Origin: Finegoldia sp. | Lineage (GTDB): Bacteria > Bacillota > Clostridia > Tissierellales > Peptoniphilaceae | Direction: 5' to 3' | Length of the DNA: 64,000 nt | Assembly: GCA_034180305.1 (NCBI GenBank) | Contig: JAXFOR010000005.1 | Coordinates: forward strand, 139,758-203,757 | Shown here: positions 20,390-29,624 of the stretch, piece by piece | Numbering within the stretch: the stretch's first letter is position 1 | Layout: every line of letters begins with the position of its first letter | Notes under the pieces: model-generated | Databases searched by the model: none | Told to the model about the DNA's origin: nothing | What the model saw: the letters and a program-made list of their open reading frames with translations, nothing else | Translations under genes and position numbers: made by a program

Positions 20390-21307
20390 TTAAATTATTC
20401 TAACAGACTTTAAAACGAAATCATACTCTCCTTTTATGTCATTCTTCTTTAAATTAGGACTTTTAGATAATTCTTTCGTAGTCAAATAATTCCCGGTTAC
20501 ATCATAAATCTCATTATCAGAATCTATCATAAGTAAAATTCCATTTACCCTTACTCTCTTAGCCTCATCAGAAATAATATCGAGCTTATAAATATTATCC
20601 CTATCTACAAAGATTCCCCTGGTATCTACATCATTTAATAAAATAATTTTCTTACTATCTATTATAGCCGAGTCCTTAAGCTCAGTTGATCCACTTACAA
20701 AAATATCAGGGCTTGGTTTTAGGTCAGCCCGGCCTGATATCTTATCAGCATTTTCTTCCTGCCACTTTTTATATATCTGATTTATATTTTCCAGGCTATT
20801 AAAATAGGTCTTTTTGTCAAAACTAAAGAGGACAAGCTCATCTATATTAATCTTAGATTTGTCTTTCCCAAATCTTTCTATAGCCTCATCTATCTTTTTC
20901 CTATCAACTACATTATGATCGAAAAAGCTCTTCTTTACATAGTCAATTTTGCAATTAGCCATGGAACTATACTTATCATTCTTAGGATATTCTATGTTAT
21001 AATTTGCCCTATATATCTTATTATCATACCTTGTAAAATTTACCCTTACAGATCTATTTAACTGAGGAATTTGAAAAACCCTATATGTTGTTTTGGAATT
21101 TAAGGTATCTATGAAGTCTTTATCGGTTACTAAAAAAGAAGATATAGAATAGGCCCAGGTTCTGGCATGGATTTTGTTTTCATAGTATCTGTTTTCAATC
21201 CTCTTATTTTGATTTAGAATTATTAAAAAAGATATGGCTAAGACCAGAACCAAAAACATACTTAAGGCATAAATACTTATATAAGCTTTGGATTTATTTT
21301 TCATCAT
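20390..21307 (-). CDS. Large minor pilin-like protein (ComGG/PilX position)
   Basis: KSKA|YISIY followed by hydrophobic helix, no Glu5; last gene of pilus cluster. Confidence 0.6.
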   Translation of the reverse strand: MMKNKSKAYISIYALSMFLVLVLAISFLIILNQNKRIENRYYENKIHARTWAYSISSFLVTDKDFIDTLNSKTTYRVFQIPQLNRSVRVNFTRYDNKIYRANYNIEYPKNDKYSSMANCKIDYVKKSFFDHNVVDRKKIDEAIERFGKDKSKINIDELVLFSFDKKTYFNSLENINQIYKKWQEENADKISGRADLKPSPDIFVSGSTELKDSAIIDSKKIILLNDVDTRGIFVDRDNIYKLDIISDEAKRVRVNGILLMIDSDNEIYDVTGNYLTTKELSKSPNLKKNDIKGEYDFVLKSVRII

Positions 21308-21830
21308 CGTTTAAAACCTTATCTGAAATATCAATTACTTTAGTATTGGCATTTAATTTTATAATTATAGATCCACCGTCAATATATGCAGATATATCTT
21401 CTATATCTTCATCAATTACATTTTTATTATCAGCCTTGATGCTCTTTTCTTTTAGTGCGTCATAGTGATCCTTATCTGAATAAGTGTACCTTCTTATATT
21501 ATTTTGATCAATGATATACCAAATATACTTGTAATCGCTTGAGGCTTGATCAGGATATTTTACTAAAATAAAGCCCAAAGACTTTACAAAATCCGAAAAA
21601 TTATCTCCATCAAACCTAATATCATTTGCATCATTTATCTCAGTTTCCATAAATTTTATAATATGATTTTCAATGTTGCACTTAGAATTTTTTTCATAAC
21701 TTTGACTTATAACCATGCTGTTTACCCTAAAGGAAGATAATATAACTATAAGAATTACAGAAAAAATCGATAGGCTTACAAGCATTTCTAAAAGACTGAA
21801 AGCTTTACTTTTTCTTGTAAATAGTTTCAT
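21294..21830 (-). CDS. Minor pilin (ComGF-like)
   Basis: Class III signal KSKA|FSLLEML. Confidence 0.85.
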   Translation of the reverse strand: MKLFTRKSKAFSLLEMLVSLSIFSVILIVILSSFRVNSMVISQSYEKNSKCNIENHIIKFMETEINDANDIRFDGDNFSDFVKSLGFILVKYPDQASSDYKYIWYIIDQNNIRRYTYSDKDHYDALKEKSIKADNKNVIDEDIEDISAYIDGGSIIIKLNANTKVIDISDKVLNDDEK

Positions 21831-22128
21831 CTTTGCTAATCATCCCATTTGTAACTTCAATTTGAATACTTTCATAATCTCCATGATCTTCTTTATTTAT
21901 ATTTATCAGGCTTGATTCATGTAGTAAAGACCTATCCATATCATCATGATTTTTTAAATATTCTACACTATTATCCAAATCTTCTAAAAGATAAGCTTCT
22001 TGATAAGACTTTTCTTCTAAGTTTCTTGCGTTAGATAAAAGAGGATAGTAGATCAAAACACATAGAGATACTATGAATAAAGCAAAGAGTACTTCTATTA
22101 AGGTAAATCCTTTTGCTTTTTTATTCAT
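21805..22128 (-). CDS. Minor pilin (ComGE-like)
   Basis: Class III signal KAKG|FTLIEVL. Confidence 0.85.
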   Translation of the reverse strand: MNKKAKGFTLIEVLFALFIVSLCVLIYYPLLSNARNLEEKSYQEAYLLEDLDNSVEYLKNHDDMDRSLLHESSLININKEDHGDYESIQIEVTNGMISKDETIYKKK

Positions 22129-22540
22129 TGATCTCACTTACCTTTATCCTCCCTGTTCCTATCATAAAGTTTATCTTATAATTTTTATTATTGGCCTTAA
22201 CATATATGTTTGAGTGATTATAAGGTGCTGAATAATTGGAAAATACAGGAGATGAATTCTTTAAGTCTATTCTTATATATTTAATAGGCCTTTCAACTAC
22301 GGTAGTACTTCCTCCGCATACGAGTTTATAAGAATCTTTACTCATAACTATTTCTACATTCTTTCCCGAATTTTGAGCCAGGCTCCTCGCAGTCTCCAAA
22401 TCTGTTACTAAGGTATTTAATTCAGTTCTAGAGTTAAGTCTATCTGAAATATTAAACCTAGCTGTAACTATTCCCATTAAGATAGTTAAAATAAAAAGAG
22501 TGACAAGTAACTCTATATAAGTAAATCCTTTAAATTTCAT
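22121..22540 (-). CDS. Minor pilin (ComGD/FimT-like)
   Basis: Class III signal FKG|FTYIELL. Confidence 0.85.
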   Translation of the reverse strand: MKFKGFTYIELLVTLFILTILMGIVTARFNISDRLNSRTELNTLVTDLETARSLAQNSGKNVEIVMSKDSYKLVCGGSTTVVERPIKYIRIDLKNSSPVFSNYSAPYNHSNIYVKANNKNYKINFMIGTGRIKVSEINE

Positions 22541-23099
22541 AAATAACCTCAAAAAAATTACCTAGTCCAAGCTGTAAAATATATCCTATTAAAATAAAGG
22601 GAACAAAAGATACTTCTCCTCTTTTCCCCCTTAAAATAAGTAAAAGAGCTATAAATCCCGATACTAAGGATATGTAAAGCATTAGGGATAAAAAATCAAA
22701 ATAAGTTAATGTCATAGCTATTGCAAGTAAGATTAGTCCATCTATTATTCCCATGTAACTTGTAAACATAGCCAGGCATATAAATAAAAGAGGTATTATC
22801 AGAGAAGTAAGGTCTATTTTTCCGCTTATTATCACATCAATTAGGCTTATGATAAATAAGAATATTACATCTGTCCAATAGACTTCCATATACATAAAAT
22901 CATCTATGCTAATCGATGTTAATATTAATAATATAAGCTCATTTAAGAGACTTATATCGCTAACCTTATAGATAAATAAACCTACAAATAAGCATAACAT
23001 TAAAAATATAGATAGCTTTTTTCTATCCAGCCTGTCAAAAAGCTTATCTGATAAAACTTTTATAAGAATAAAAGTTAAAATAAGCAGATACTTACTCAT
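22530..23099 (-). CDS. Prepilin peptidase A24-like membrane protein
   Basis: Polytopic; SIDD and MGIID aspartate motifs, C-terminal FVPFI; located inside pilin cluster. Confidence 0.7.
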   Translation of the reverse strand: MSKYLLILTFILIKVLSDKLFDRLDRKKLSIFLMLCLFVGLFIYKVSDISLLNELILLILTSISIDDFMYMEVYWTDVIFLFIISLIDVIISGKIDLTSLIIPLLFICLAMFTSYMGIIDGLILLAIAMTLTYFDFLSLMLYISLVSGFIALLLILRGKRGEVSFVPFILIGYILQLGLGNFFEVIYEI

Positions 23100-23439
23100 T
23101 CAGTGCATTTTTATCCGGAGATACATTACCGTTATTTTTATCTATAGTATATGAACCTGTTACTTTCTTTTTGTTCTTTGGAATTTGAGGGACTTCTTTT
23201 ATATAGCCCTTAGTTTGTAATTCTTGAATTGATTCAGGATATGAACCATTATCTTGATAATAATTTTCTCCGGCCGTTTCTAGAATTCTTACATTTGATT
23301 GGTGAGCTGTGATAGCAGCCTTATCCCTTTGAGCTTGATATCTAGGTACTGCTATAGCAACTAAGATTGCCATAATAGCTAAGACTACCAACAATTCCAA
23401 CAGAGTAAATCCTTTTGATTTCTTTTTTTGAATTTTCAA
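23092..23439 (-). CDS. Major pilin (ComGC/PilA-like)
   Basis: KSKG|FTLLELLVVLAIMAILVAIAVP; ELQTKGYI. Confidence 0.9.
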   Translation of the reverse strand: MKIQKKKSKGFTLLELLVVLAIMAILVAIAVPRYQAQRDKAAITAHQSNVRILETAGENYYQDNGSYPESIQELQTKGYIKEVPQIPKNKKKVTGSYTIDKNNGNVSPDKNALNE

Positions 23440-23465
23440 TTTTTACACCCCTTACAAAATATTTA

Positions 23466-24569
23466 TTAAAATGAATTAATCATTTCAAACATTGGAATAG
23501 TAATGGAAATAACTATAAATCCTACCAAAAATCCCATTACCAAGATAATCATAGGTTCAAATATACTGACAAAACCTTTTATTGCATATTCAACTTCCTT
23601 GTCATAAAAGTTGGATATTTTATTTAAGACCTCATCAAAATCCCCGGTATTTTCAGCGATCTTCAGCATAGAATTAAACACTACAGGAGTTATGGAACTT
23701 TGATTAAAGGCCTCATCTATACTTTGAGAACCCGTTTCGATTTTTTCTATAATCTCAAGAAGTTCTCCCCTATAGTACCTATTAGTCATACCGGAGTATA
23801 TAATGGCTAAACCGTCTAAAATTGTCATCGAATTTTTTTGAGTTACATATAAAGTTCTTGCTATTTTAGAAGTTTTTATGATTTTATTATAAGTTCCATA
23901 AATTCTATTATTTGTGTTAAATTTATCGACATAATATCCGAACTTTGTCTTTTTATATGCTATAAATAAAGCGAGTCCGACAAGTATAAGTGCTAGCAGA
24001 ATTAGCCTCCAGTAGTCATTTATTATCTCAGATAGTTTAATTATAATTCTGGTAGGAAGAGGAATGGCTATATCTGAATCATTAAATATAAAAATAAAAG
24101 AAGGCACTACTGTCTTTACCAGAAAGATCATCATTACCATCCCTACTAAACTTAAAATTATAGGATAGGTCAGGGCGTTTGTTAACTTTGACTTCATATT
24201 GTAACTTATCTCATAATACCTACTGAGATCATACATTACCTTATCAAGCTTGCCACTACTTTCGCCTAATTTTAACATAGCTATAAAGAATGGATCAAAG
24301 TTTTTGTCGTTAGAAAAACTTTCGCTTACCCCAAATCCATTTTCTAAGTTCTCTACCACCCTTTCCAAAGACTTTCTCAAAGATTTTAATTCTCTTTGAT
24401 CTATTAAAATTTTTATAGAATCAACTATTGGTATTTTTGAAGATAAGAGGATAGAAAATTGTCTTAAAAATAAAAACTTGGTCCTTAAATTAACCCTTTT
24501 CCCTATATCCTTATGTAAAAATTCATTTATCTGATCGTTACCGATTTTTATCTGATTAATTTTACTCAT
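23466..24569 (-). CDS. Pilus platform protein PilC/ComGB (T2SS F family)
   Basis: GESSGKL, ALTYP, AENTG, FEPMII motifs. Confidence 0.92.
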   Translation of the reverse strand: MSKINQIKIGNDQINEFLHKDIGKRVNLRTKFLFLRQFSILLSSKIPIVDSIKILIDQRELKSLRKSLERVVENLENGFGVSESFSNDKNFDPFFIAMLKLGESSGKLDKVMYDLSRYYEISYNMKSKLTNALTYPIILSLVGMVMMIFLVKTVVPSFIFIFNDSDIAIPLPTRIIIKLSEIINDYWRLILLALILVGLALFIAYKKTKFGYYVDKFNTNNRIYGTYNKIIKTSKIARTLYVTQKNSMTILDGLAIIYSGMTNRYYRGELLEIIEKIETGSQSIDEAFNQSSITPVVFNSMLKIAENTGDFDEVLNKISNFYDKEVEYAIKGFVSIFEPMIILVMGFLVGFIVISITIPMFEMINSF

Positions 24570-25722
24570 TTAATAATCTTAGAGCCTCTTTCATACTTGT
24601 ATTACCCAAACTTACCTGAAACAAAGCTTTTTCAAAAAGCGATTTTATATTTTTGCTTTTCCCTATTTTTTCAAGTCTTTCTATATCAAGCGTACTTGTA
24701 ATCTCTCTTCTTATATCTTCATCAACCTTTAGAATTTGCATAAGGGCCATTCTTCCTGAATATCCATTATTACAATGCTCACATCCCTTAGGTCTATAAA
24801 TATAAGGAGGATCTATCTTATACTTGTCAAAGATTTCCCTGTAAGATTTATCAACTTCTACCTTTTCTTTACAGTAAGGACATAATTTTTTCACAAGCCT
24901 TTGGGAGATAACTAACTTAAGGGAGGCCCTTATCATATAGTCCTCAACTCCCATATCTAGTAGTCTTATGATTGATTGGTATACATCATCTGTATGTAAG
25001 GTTGAAAATACCTTGTGACCTGTAATCGAAGATCTCATAGCAAGTTTTGCCGTTTCACTGTCCCTTATTTCTCCAAGTAAAATGATATCCGGATCCTGCC
25101 TTAAAACATACTTTAAGGTGTTATCAAACCTCATTCCTATCTTTTCGTTTATCTGAATCTGATTAATTCCATATATGTTATACTCGACAGGATTTTCTAT
25201 AGTTATAATGTTTTTTTCGATGTCATTTTCTTCTATTATCATCGTATATAAGGAGGTAGTCTTACCACTTCCTGTTGGCCCACATACTAAAATCAAACCG
25301 TTTTCAAATTTTGTATATTCAGATATTAAATCAATTTCTTCATCGCTTATACCGAGCTTATCCATCCCTACGATAAAATTATCAGGATTTAATACTCTTA
25401 TTACACATTTTTGCCCATATATGGTATTTATTATGCTGATTCTAAGATCAACATCCTTGTCTTTATACCTGTATGTAATCCTGCCGTCCTGAGCTAATCT
25501 CTTTTCAGCTATGTCCAAACTGCTCATTACCTTTATTCGAGCTAAGATTTTAGAATGTAGATCCATACTATAAGTCTTGTATAAAGACAAAGAACCATCT
25601 ATACGAAATCTAATCCTCAGCTCGTCTTTAAATGGTTCTATGTGAATATCGCTTGCCTTTTGTCTTATGGCATCATCTATTATATTATTTACTAAAATTA
25701 TATTATCTGAATTAGTCTCCAT
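24562..25722 (-). CDS. Pilus assembly ATPase PilB/ComGA (GspE family)
   Basis: ASDIHIEP, GPTGSGKTT, LRQDPDIILLGEIRD, TGH..STLH, CxxC...CxxC. Confidence 0.95.
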   Translation of the reverse strand: METNSDNIILVNNIIDDAIRQKASDIHIEPFKDELRIRFRIDGSLSLYKTYSMDLHSKILARIKVMSSLDIAEKRLAQDGRITYRYKDKDVDLRISIINTIYGQKCVIRVLNPDNFIVGMDKLGISDEEIDLISEYTKFENGLILVCGPTGSGKTTSLYTMIIEENDIEKNIITIENPVEYNIYGINQIQINEKIGMRFDNTLKYVLRQDPDIILLGEIRDSETAKLAMRSSITGHKVFSTLHTDDVYQSIIRLLDMGVEDYMIRASLKLVISQRLVKKLCPYCKEKVEVDKSYREIFDKYKIDPPYIYRPKGCEHCNNGYSGRMALMQILKVDEDIRREITSTLDIERLEKIGKSKNIKSLFEKALFQVSLGNTSMKEALRLLNE

Positions 25723-25752
25723 ACCTGATCTCCAAAAACATCTTACATTTGG

Positions 25753-25781
25753 ATTATATACCAAAGCAATTAAGTATTCAA
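25753..25781 (-). promoter_or_regulatory. Sigma-A-like promoter for pilus operon
   Basis: Minus strand TTGAAT-17bp-TATAAT. Confidence 0.55.
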
Positions 25782-25991
25782 TAAAAGTAATATGTCTTTA
25801 TAAGAATTACTCTATATTTATAAAAACTATAAATAAAAATACATAAGTTATGTACTTTGGAAAATACTTGTCAATGACCCTTTGTAATTAGGTAAATAAG
25901 TTATTAGCACTACGATAACTTCCTTCGTTTGTACAAATTATTAGTTTTTAAAAATATTCCTATTTTTAACGCATATGTATTATCATATAAT

Positions 25992-26030
25992 AAAAAAAGA
26001 ACCTCAAGCCCTAAGGCTAATATTGGTTCT
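25992..26030 (-). terminator. Probable terminator after rpsU
   Basis: AGAACC...GGTTCT stem followed by U-run on minus strand. Confidence 0.55.
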
Positions 26031-26037
26031 GTGACTA

Positions 26038-26217
26038 CTAGAAATTTCTTTTTTTTCTTTTAGCAGCTTCTGATTTTTTCTTTTTCTTTACACTAGGTTT
26101 TTCATAGTGTTCTCTTTTTCTATATTCAGTTAATACACCGGATCTAGCACATTGTCTTTTAAATCTTTTTAATGCACTTTCTAATGATTCGTTTTCTCCA
26201 ACTTTAATTTCTGACAC
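26038..26217 (-). CDS. rpsU: 30S ribosomal protein S21 (59 aa, absent from ORF track)
   Basis: GTG start after GGAGGGG; hand translation [59 protein letters not shown]. Confidence 0.97.
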   Translation of the reverse strand: MSEIKVGENESLESALKRFKRQCARSGVLTEYRKREHYEKPSVKKKKKSEAAKRKKRNF

Positions 26218-26296
26218 ATCATTCCCCTCCCCTCTTTATTGAAAAATGCTCATAAAGAGCGAATATAAACTAACTCTTAGCAAAACATGCTATAAA

Positions 26297-26638
26297 TTAA
26301 GCGAATTCAACATTTAATTTTTTGCCACCTAGGATATGGAAATGTAAATGTTGGACTGTTTGTCCTGCATTATCTCCACAGTTATTGATTATTCTATACC
26401 CATCTTCAGCTATCCCCAAGTCATTTGCAATTTTAGGTATAAGTTCAAAAATGTATTTTATAATATCTGAATTACTTGAATCAATATCATTGGCACAAGA
26501 AATATGTTCCTTTGGAATAACTAAGACATGAATAGGTGCTTGAGGTTGATTATCCTTAAAAGCCAGTACTTTTTCATCTTCATATACTTTCTCAGTAGGA
26601 ATCTCCCCGGAAATTATCTTACAAAAAACGCAATCCAT
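26297..26638 (-). CDS. Histidine triad (HIT) nucleotide-binding protein
   Basis: DCVFCKI, HLHFH. Confidence 0.96.
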   Translation of the reverse strand: MDCVFCKIISGEIPTEKVYEDEKVLAFKDNQPQAPIHVLVIPKEHISCANDIDSSNSDIIKYIFELIPKIANDLGIAEDGYRIINNCGDNAGQTVQHLHFHILGGKKLNVEFA

Positions 26639-26678
26639 AATTCGCCTCCTGGCTAATTATACCAGATATAAGAAGCTA

Positions 26679-27974
26679 TTACAAGCTTATAAGTTCTTCA
26701 TTTTCCCTTTTATCTAATTTCAAATTTACAATTTGATTTACTAGGTCCGGATCATATTTTTTCTTTACCCTGATATAATTTGTTGTATAGCCATACATAT
26801 ATCCATCATCATTTTTAGACTCAAATAAAACATCGTGATTATAGGATAAATTTTTATCCAAAAACTCATCTGTCATTTCTTTTGCACAATCAATTAACCT
26901 GGAGCTTCTTTTCTTCTTGGTATTTCCATCGATTTGTCCCGACATATCGTATGCTTTTGTACCCTCTCTTCTGGAATATCTAAATACGTGAATTTTAGAA
27001 AAGGCAACCTTTTTTACAAAGTCCAAGGTATCTAAAAAGTCCTCTTCGCTTTCATTAGGAAATCCTACTATAATGTCTGTAGTTATGCCGGCATTTGGAA
27101 AATACTTTCTGATAAGCTCAACCTTGTCAAAATACATTTTTGTATCATATTTTCTGTTCATCAACTTTAATATCTTATCTGACCCACTTTGAAGCGATAG
27201 GTGGAAGTGATCACATATCTTGCCTGTATTTTTTAATCTTAAAAGAAAGTCATCGCTTATTATTGAAGGCTCTAATGATGACATTCTTATTCTTTCTATC
27301 TTATCTATACTTGCGATTTTTTCTATAACATCTGCAAGAGAAATTTCTAAATCTTTAAAGTCTTTTCCATATGAAGCTACATGAATTCCTGTAAGAACTA
27401 CTTCTTTGTAGCCTTGGTCAGCTAATTTTAAGGCTTCCTTTTCTACATCTTCTATATTTCTAGATCTTATAGGTCCTCTGGCATAAGGGATTATACAGTA
27501 AGAGCAGTACTGATTACATCCATCTTGAATCTTTATATAGGCTCTTGTCATATCCTGTTCCTGTGAAGTTTTCATCTCTTCATAATCTTCAAGTCTTTCA
27601 AAATCCCTAACTATATTTATATTTTGCTGAGTATTTTCATACTCTTCACACAAGTCTACTATTTTATTTTTATTTTGGGTTCCAAGTATTATATTTACAC
27701 CATCAATTTTTTCTATCTGATCAGCATTTACCTGAGCGTAGCAACCAACAACAGCGATCACGGCATCATGATTATTCCTTTTTACTTTGGAAATATACTG
27801 TCTTGCCTTTCTATCAGATAGGTTAGTAACGGTACAAGTATTTATAACGAATATATCACAGTTATCTTCATCTGTAAGATCATATCCCCTAGCTAAAAAT
27901 AACTCTTTCATCGCTTCACTTTCATATTGATTTACCTTGCAACCTAAAGTCAGAAATTTTACTTTTTTATTCAT
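26679..27974 (-). CDS. mtaB: tRNA t6A methylthiotransferase
   Basis: TLGCKVNQYE, NTCTVT, CNQYCSYC. Confidence 0.95.
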   Translation of the reverse strand: MNKKVKFLTLGCKVNQYESEAMKELFLARGYDLTDEDNCDIFVINTCTVTNLSDRKARQYISKVKRNNHDAVIAVVGCYAQVNADQIEKIDGVNIILGTQNKNKIVDLCEEYENTQQNINIVRDFERLEDYEEMKTSQEQDMTRAYIKIQDGCNQYCSYCIIPYARGPIRSRNIEDVEKEALKLADQGYKEVVLTGIHVASYGKDFKDLEISLADVIEKIASIDKIERIRMSSLEPSIISDDFLLRLKNTGKICDHFHLSLQSGSDKILKLMNRKYDTKMYFDKVELIRKYFPNAGITTDIIVGFPNESEEDFLDTLDFVKKVAFSKIHVFRYSRREGTKAYDMSGQIDGNTKKKRSSRLIDCAKEMTDEFLDKNLSYNHDVLFESKNDDGYMYGYTTNYIRVKKKYDPDLVNQIVNLKLDKRENEELISL

Positions 27975-27977
27975 TAA

Positions 27978-28702
27978 TTAACCCATATCTCCTAACTCAT
28001 ACTGTATAATACTTAAAACACTCAATTGAGCGGTTTCTCCCCTTAATATTCTAGGACCTAGAGAAACCGGAATAAAGCCCTTAGCTTTTAAAACTTCTAT
28101 ATTATCTTCCGACAAGCCACCTTCAGGACCTACCAATATATTTATATTTACAAAATTTTTATGTTTTGATAAAAGATTTTTTAAATTTGTAGTATCTTTT
28201 TCATAGCAAACAAGGTTTAGAGAGTCATTGTCTACATATATATCTTTTATATCTATAAGACCTGATATGCTTGGAACTAGAGTTCTCTTGGACTGTTTAG
28301 CTGCCTCTATATTTTTTCATACCTTAGAAGTTTCTTATTCCATTTTTTATCGTCAAGCTTAACAACTACTCTTTCACTATTAAAAAATACAAGAGAATTT
28401 ACTCCAAGCTCTGTGGCTTTTTGAATTATAAATTCGTTTTTATCTCCCTTCATAAGGCCTTGATATAAAGTTATGTTAAGATTTGACTCGTAAGTTTTTT
28501 CATCTTTACCTACTATCTCAGTTATAACCTTGTCTTTGAGATAGTCTACTATAAGGCAGTCATATATTTGATCTTCGATTACTATATGGATATGTTCACC
28601 TATACTTAGCCTTAGGCTATTTTTTATATGGTTGTAATCCTCTCCGTCAAGATATATGTTTTTTTTATCAAGATCTAAAGACTCTCTAAAAAATCTATAC
28701 AT
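27978..28702 (-). pseudogene. rsmE: 16S rRNA m3U1498 methyltransferase, frameshifted (or sequencing error)
   Basis: N-half (QKATELGV) stops at 28307; C-half EAAKQSKR...VGPEGG...LGPRILRGETA continues in another frame to 27978. Confidence 0.85.
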
Positions 28703-29624
28703 CCTGTCTTTTCCTGCTTATTACTGAGATCCACTCGCCTTTTTCCATAACATCAACTACTTCAAATCCATTGTCAGACAAGCATTTTTCTATTTCATCT
28801 TTTTGGTCACTTAAAATCCCTGAGCATATGAAAAGAGATTCATCAAATAATACCCTATCTAACTGTGGGATAAGCTCTTTTAATACATTTAGCAAGATAT
28901 TAGCTATTACCAGGTCGTATTTTCCTTCTATCTTGTCGATTAGTGAGCTTTCTATAACCTCTACGTTGTCAACCTCATTAATTTCACAGTTACTTATGCC
29001 GGCTTCAACTGCAAGTGGATCTATATCGGATGCAGTAATCCCACTTGCTCCAAGCTTTGAACTGATTATAGATAAAATTCCTGATCCACATCCTATGTCT
29101 AAAACTTTTTTGCCCTCAAGGTCTAATTGTTGTAGATGTTCTACACAGAGGCTTGTAGTTTCGTGTAAACCTGTTCCAAAGGCAAGTCCCGGATTTATAT
29201 CTACGATTACCTTATCCGGATTTTCGTAATCAAGCCAGCTCGGTCTAATTACTACATCTCCTATCTCGACAGGTTCATAATACTTTTTCCATTCATTTGC
29301 CCAATCATGGTTTTCTATTAATTCAGGATCACTGATTTTTATATCTATATTATTTTTATCTGAAATTAAAGCCAGCTTATCTTTTATGCTTTCTAAATTT
29401 ATATCTTGATCAGCATCATAGAAGGCAGTCATTATAATATCTTGGTGGTAAGAAAAGTCATCGTCATCAACTACGACCCAGTAGGGCTGATTCTTTTTAA
29501 ATTCTACAAGGTCATTATAATCATCTATCTGGATATATTCTATTTTTTCATCGTTTAAAATTGAACTTACTATCTCATCATAGCCACTAGGGCATGTTAT
29601 AGTTAACTTATTATACTTATCCAT
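28695..29624 (-). CDS. prmA: Ribosomal protein L11 methyltransferase
   Basis: PGLAFGTGLHETT, LDIGCGSGIL. Confidence 0.96.
   Translation of the reverse strand: MDKYNKLTITCPSGYDEIVSSILNDEKIEYIQIDDYNDLVEFKKNQPYWVVVDDDDFSYHQDIIMTAFYDADQDINLESIKDKLALISDKNNIDIKISDPELIENHDWANEWKKYYEPVEIGDVVIRPSWLDYENPDKVIVDINPGLAFGTGLHETTSLCVEHLQQLDLEGKKVLDIGCGSGILSIISSKLGASGITASDIDPLAVEAGISNCEINEVDNVEVIESSLIDKIEGKYDLVIANILLNVLKELIPQLDRVLFDESLFICSGILSDQKDEIEKCLSDNGFEVVDVMEKGEWISVISRKRQDV

Noticed and set aside
25904-25911. TTAGCACT, resembling a CIRCE half-site upstream of the pilus operon
   Set aside because: No GAGTGCTAA arm 9 nt downstream.
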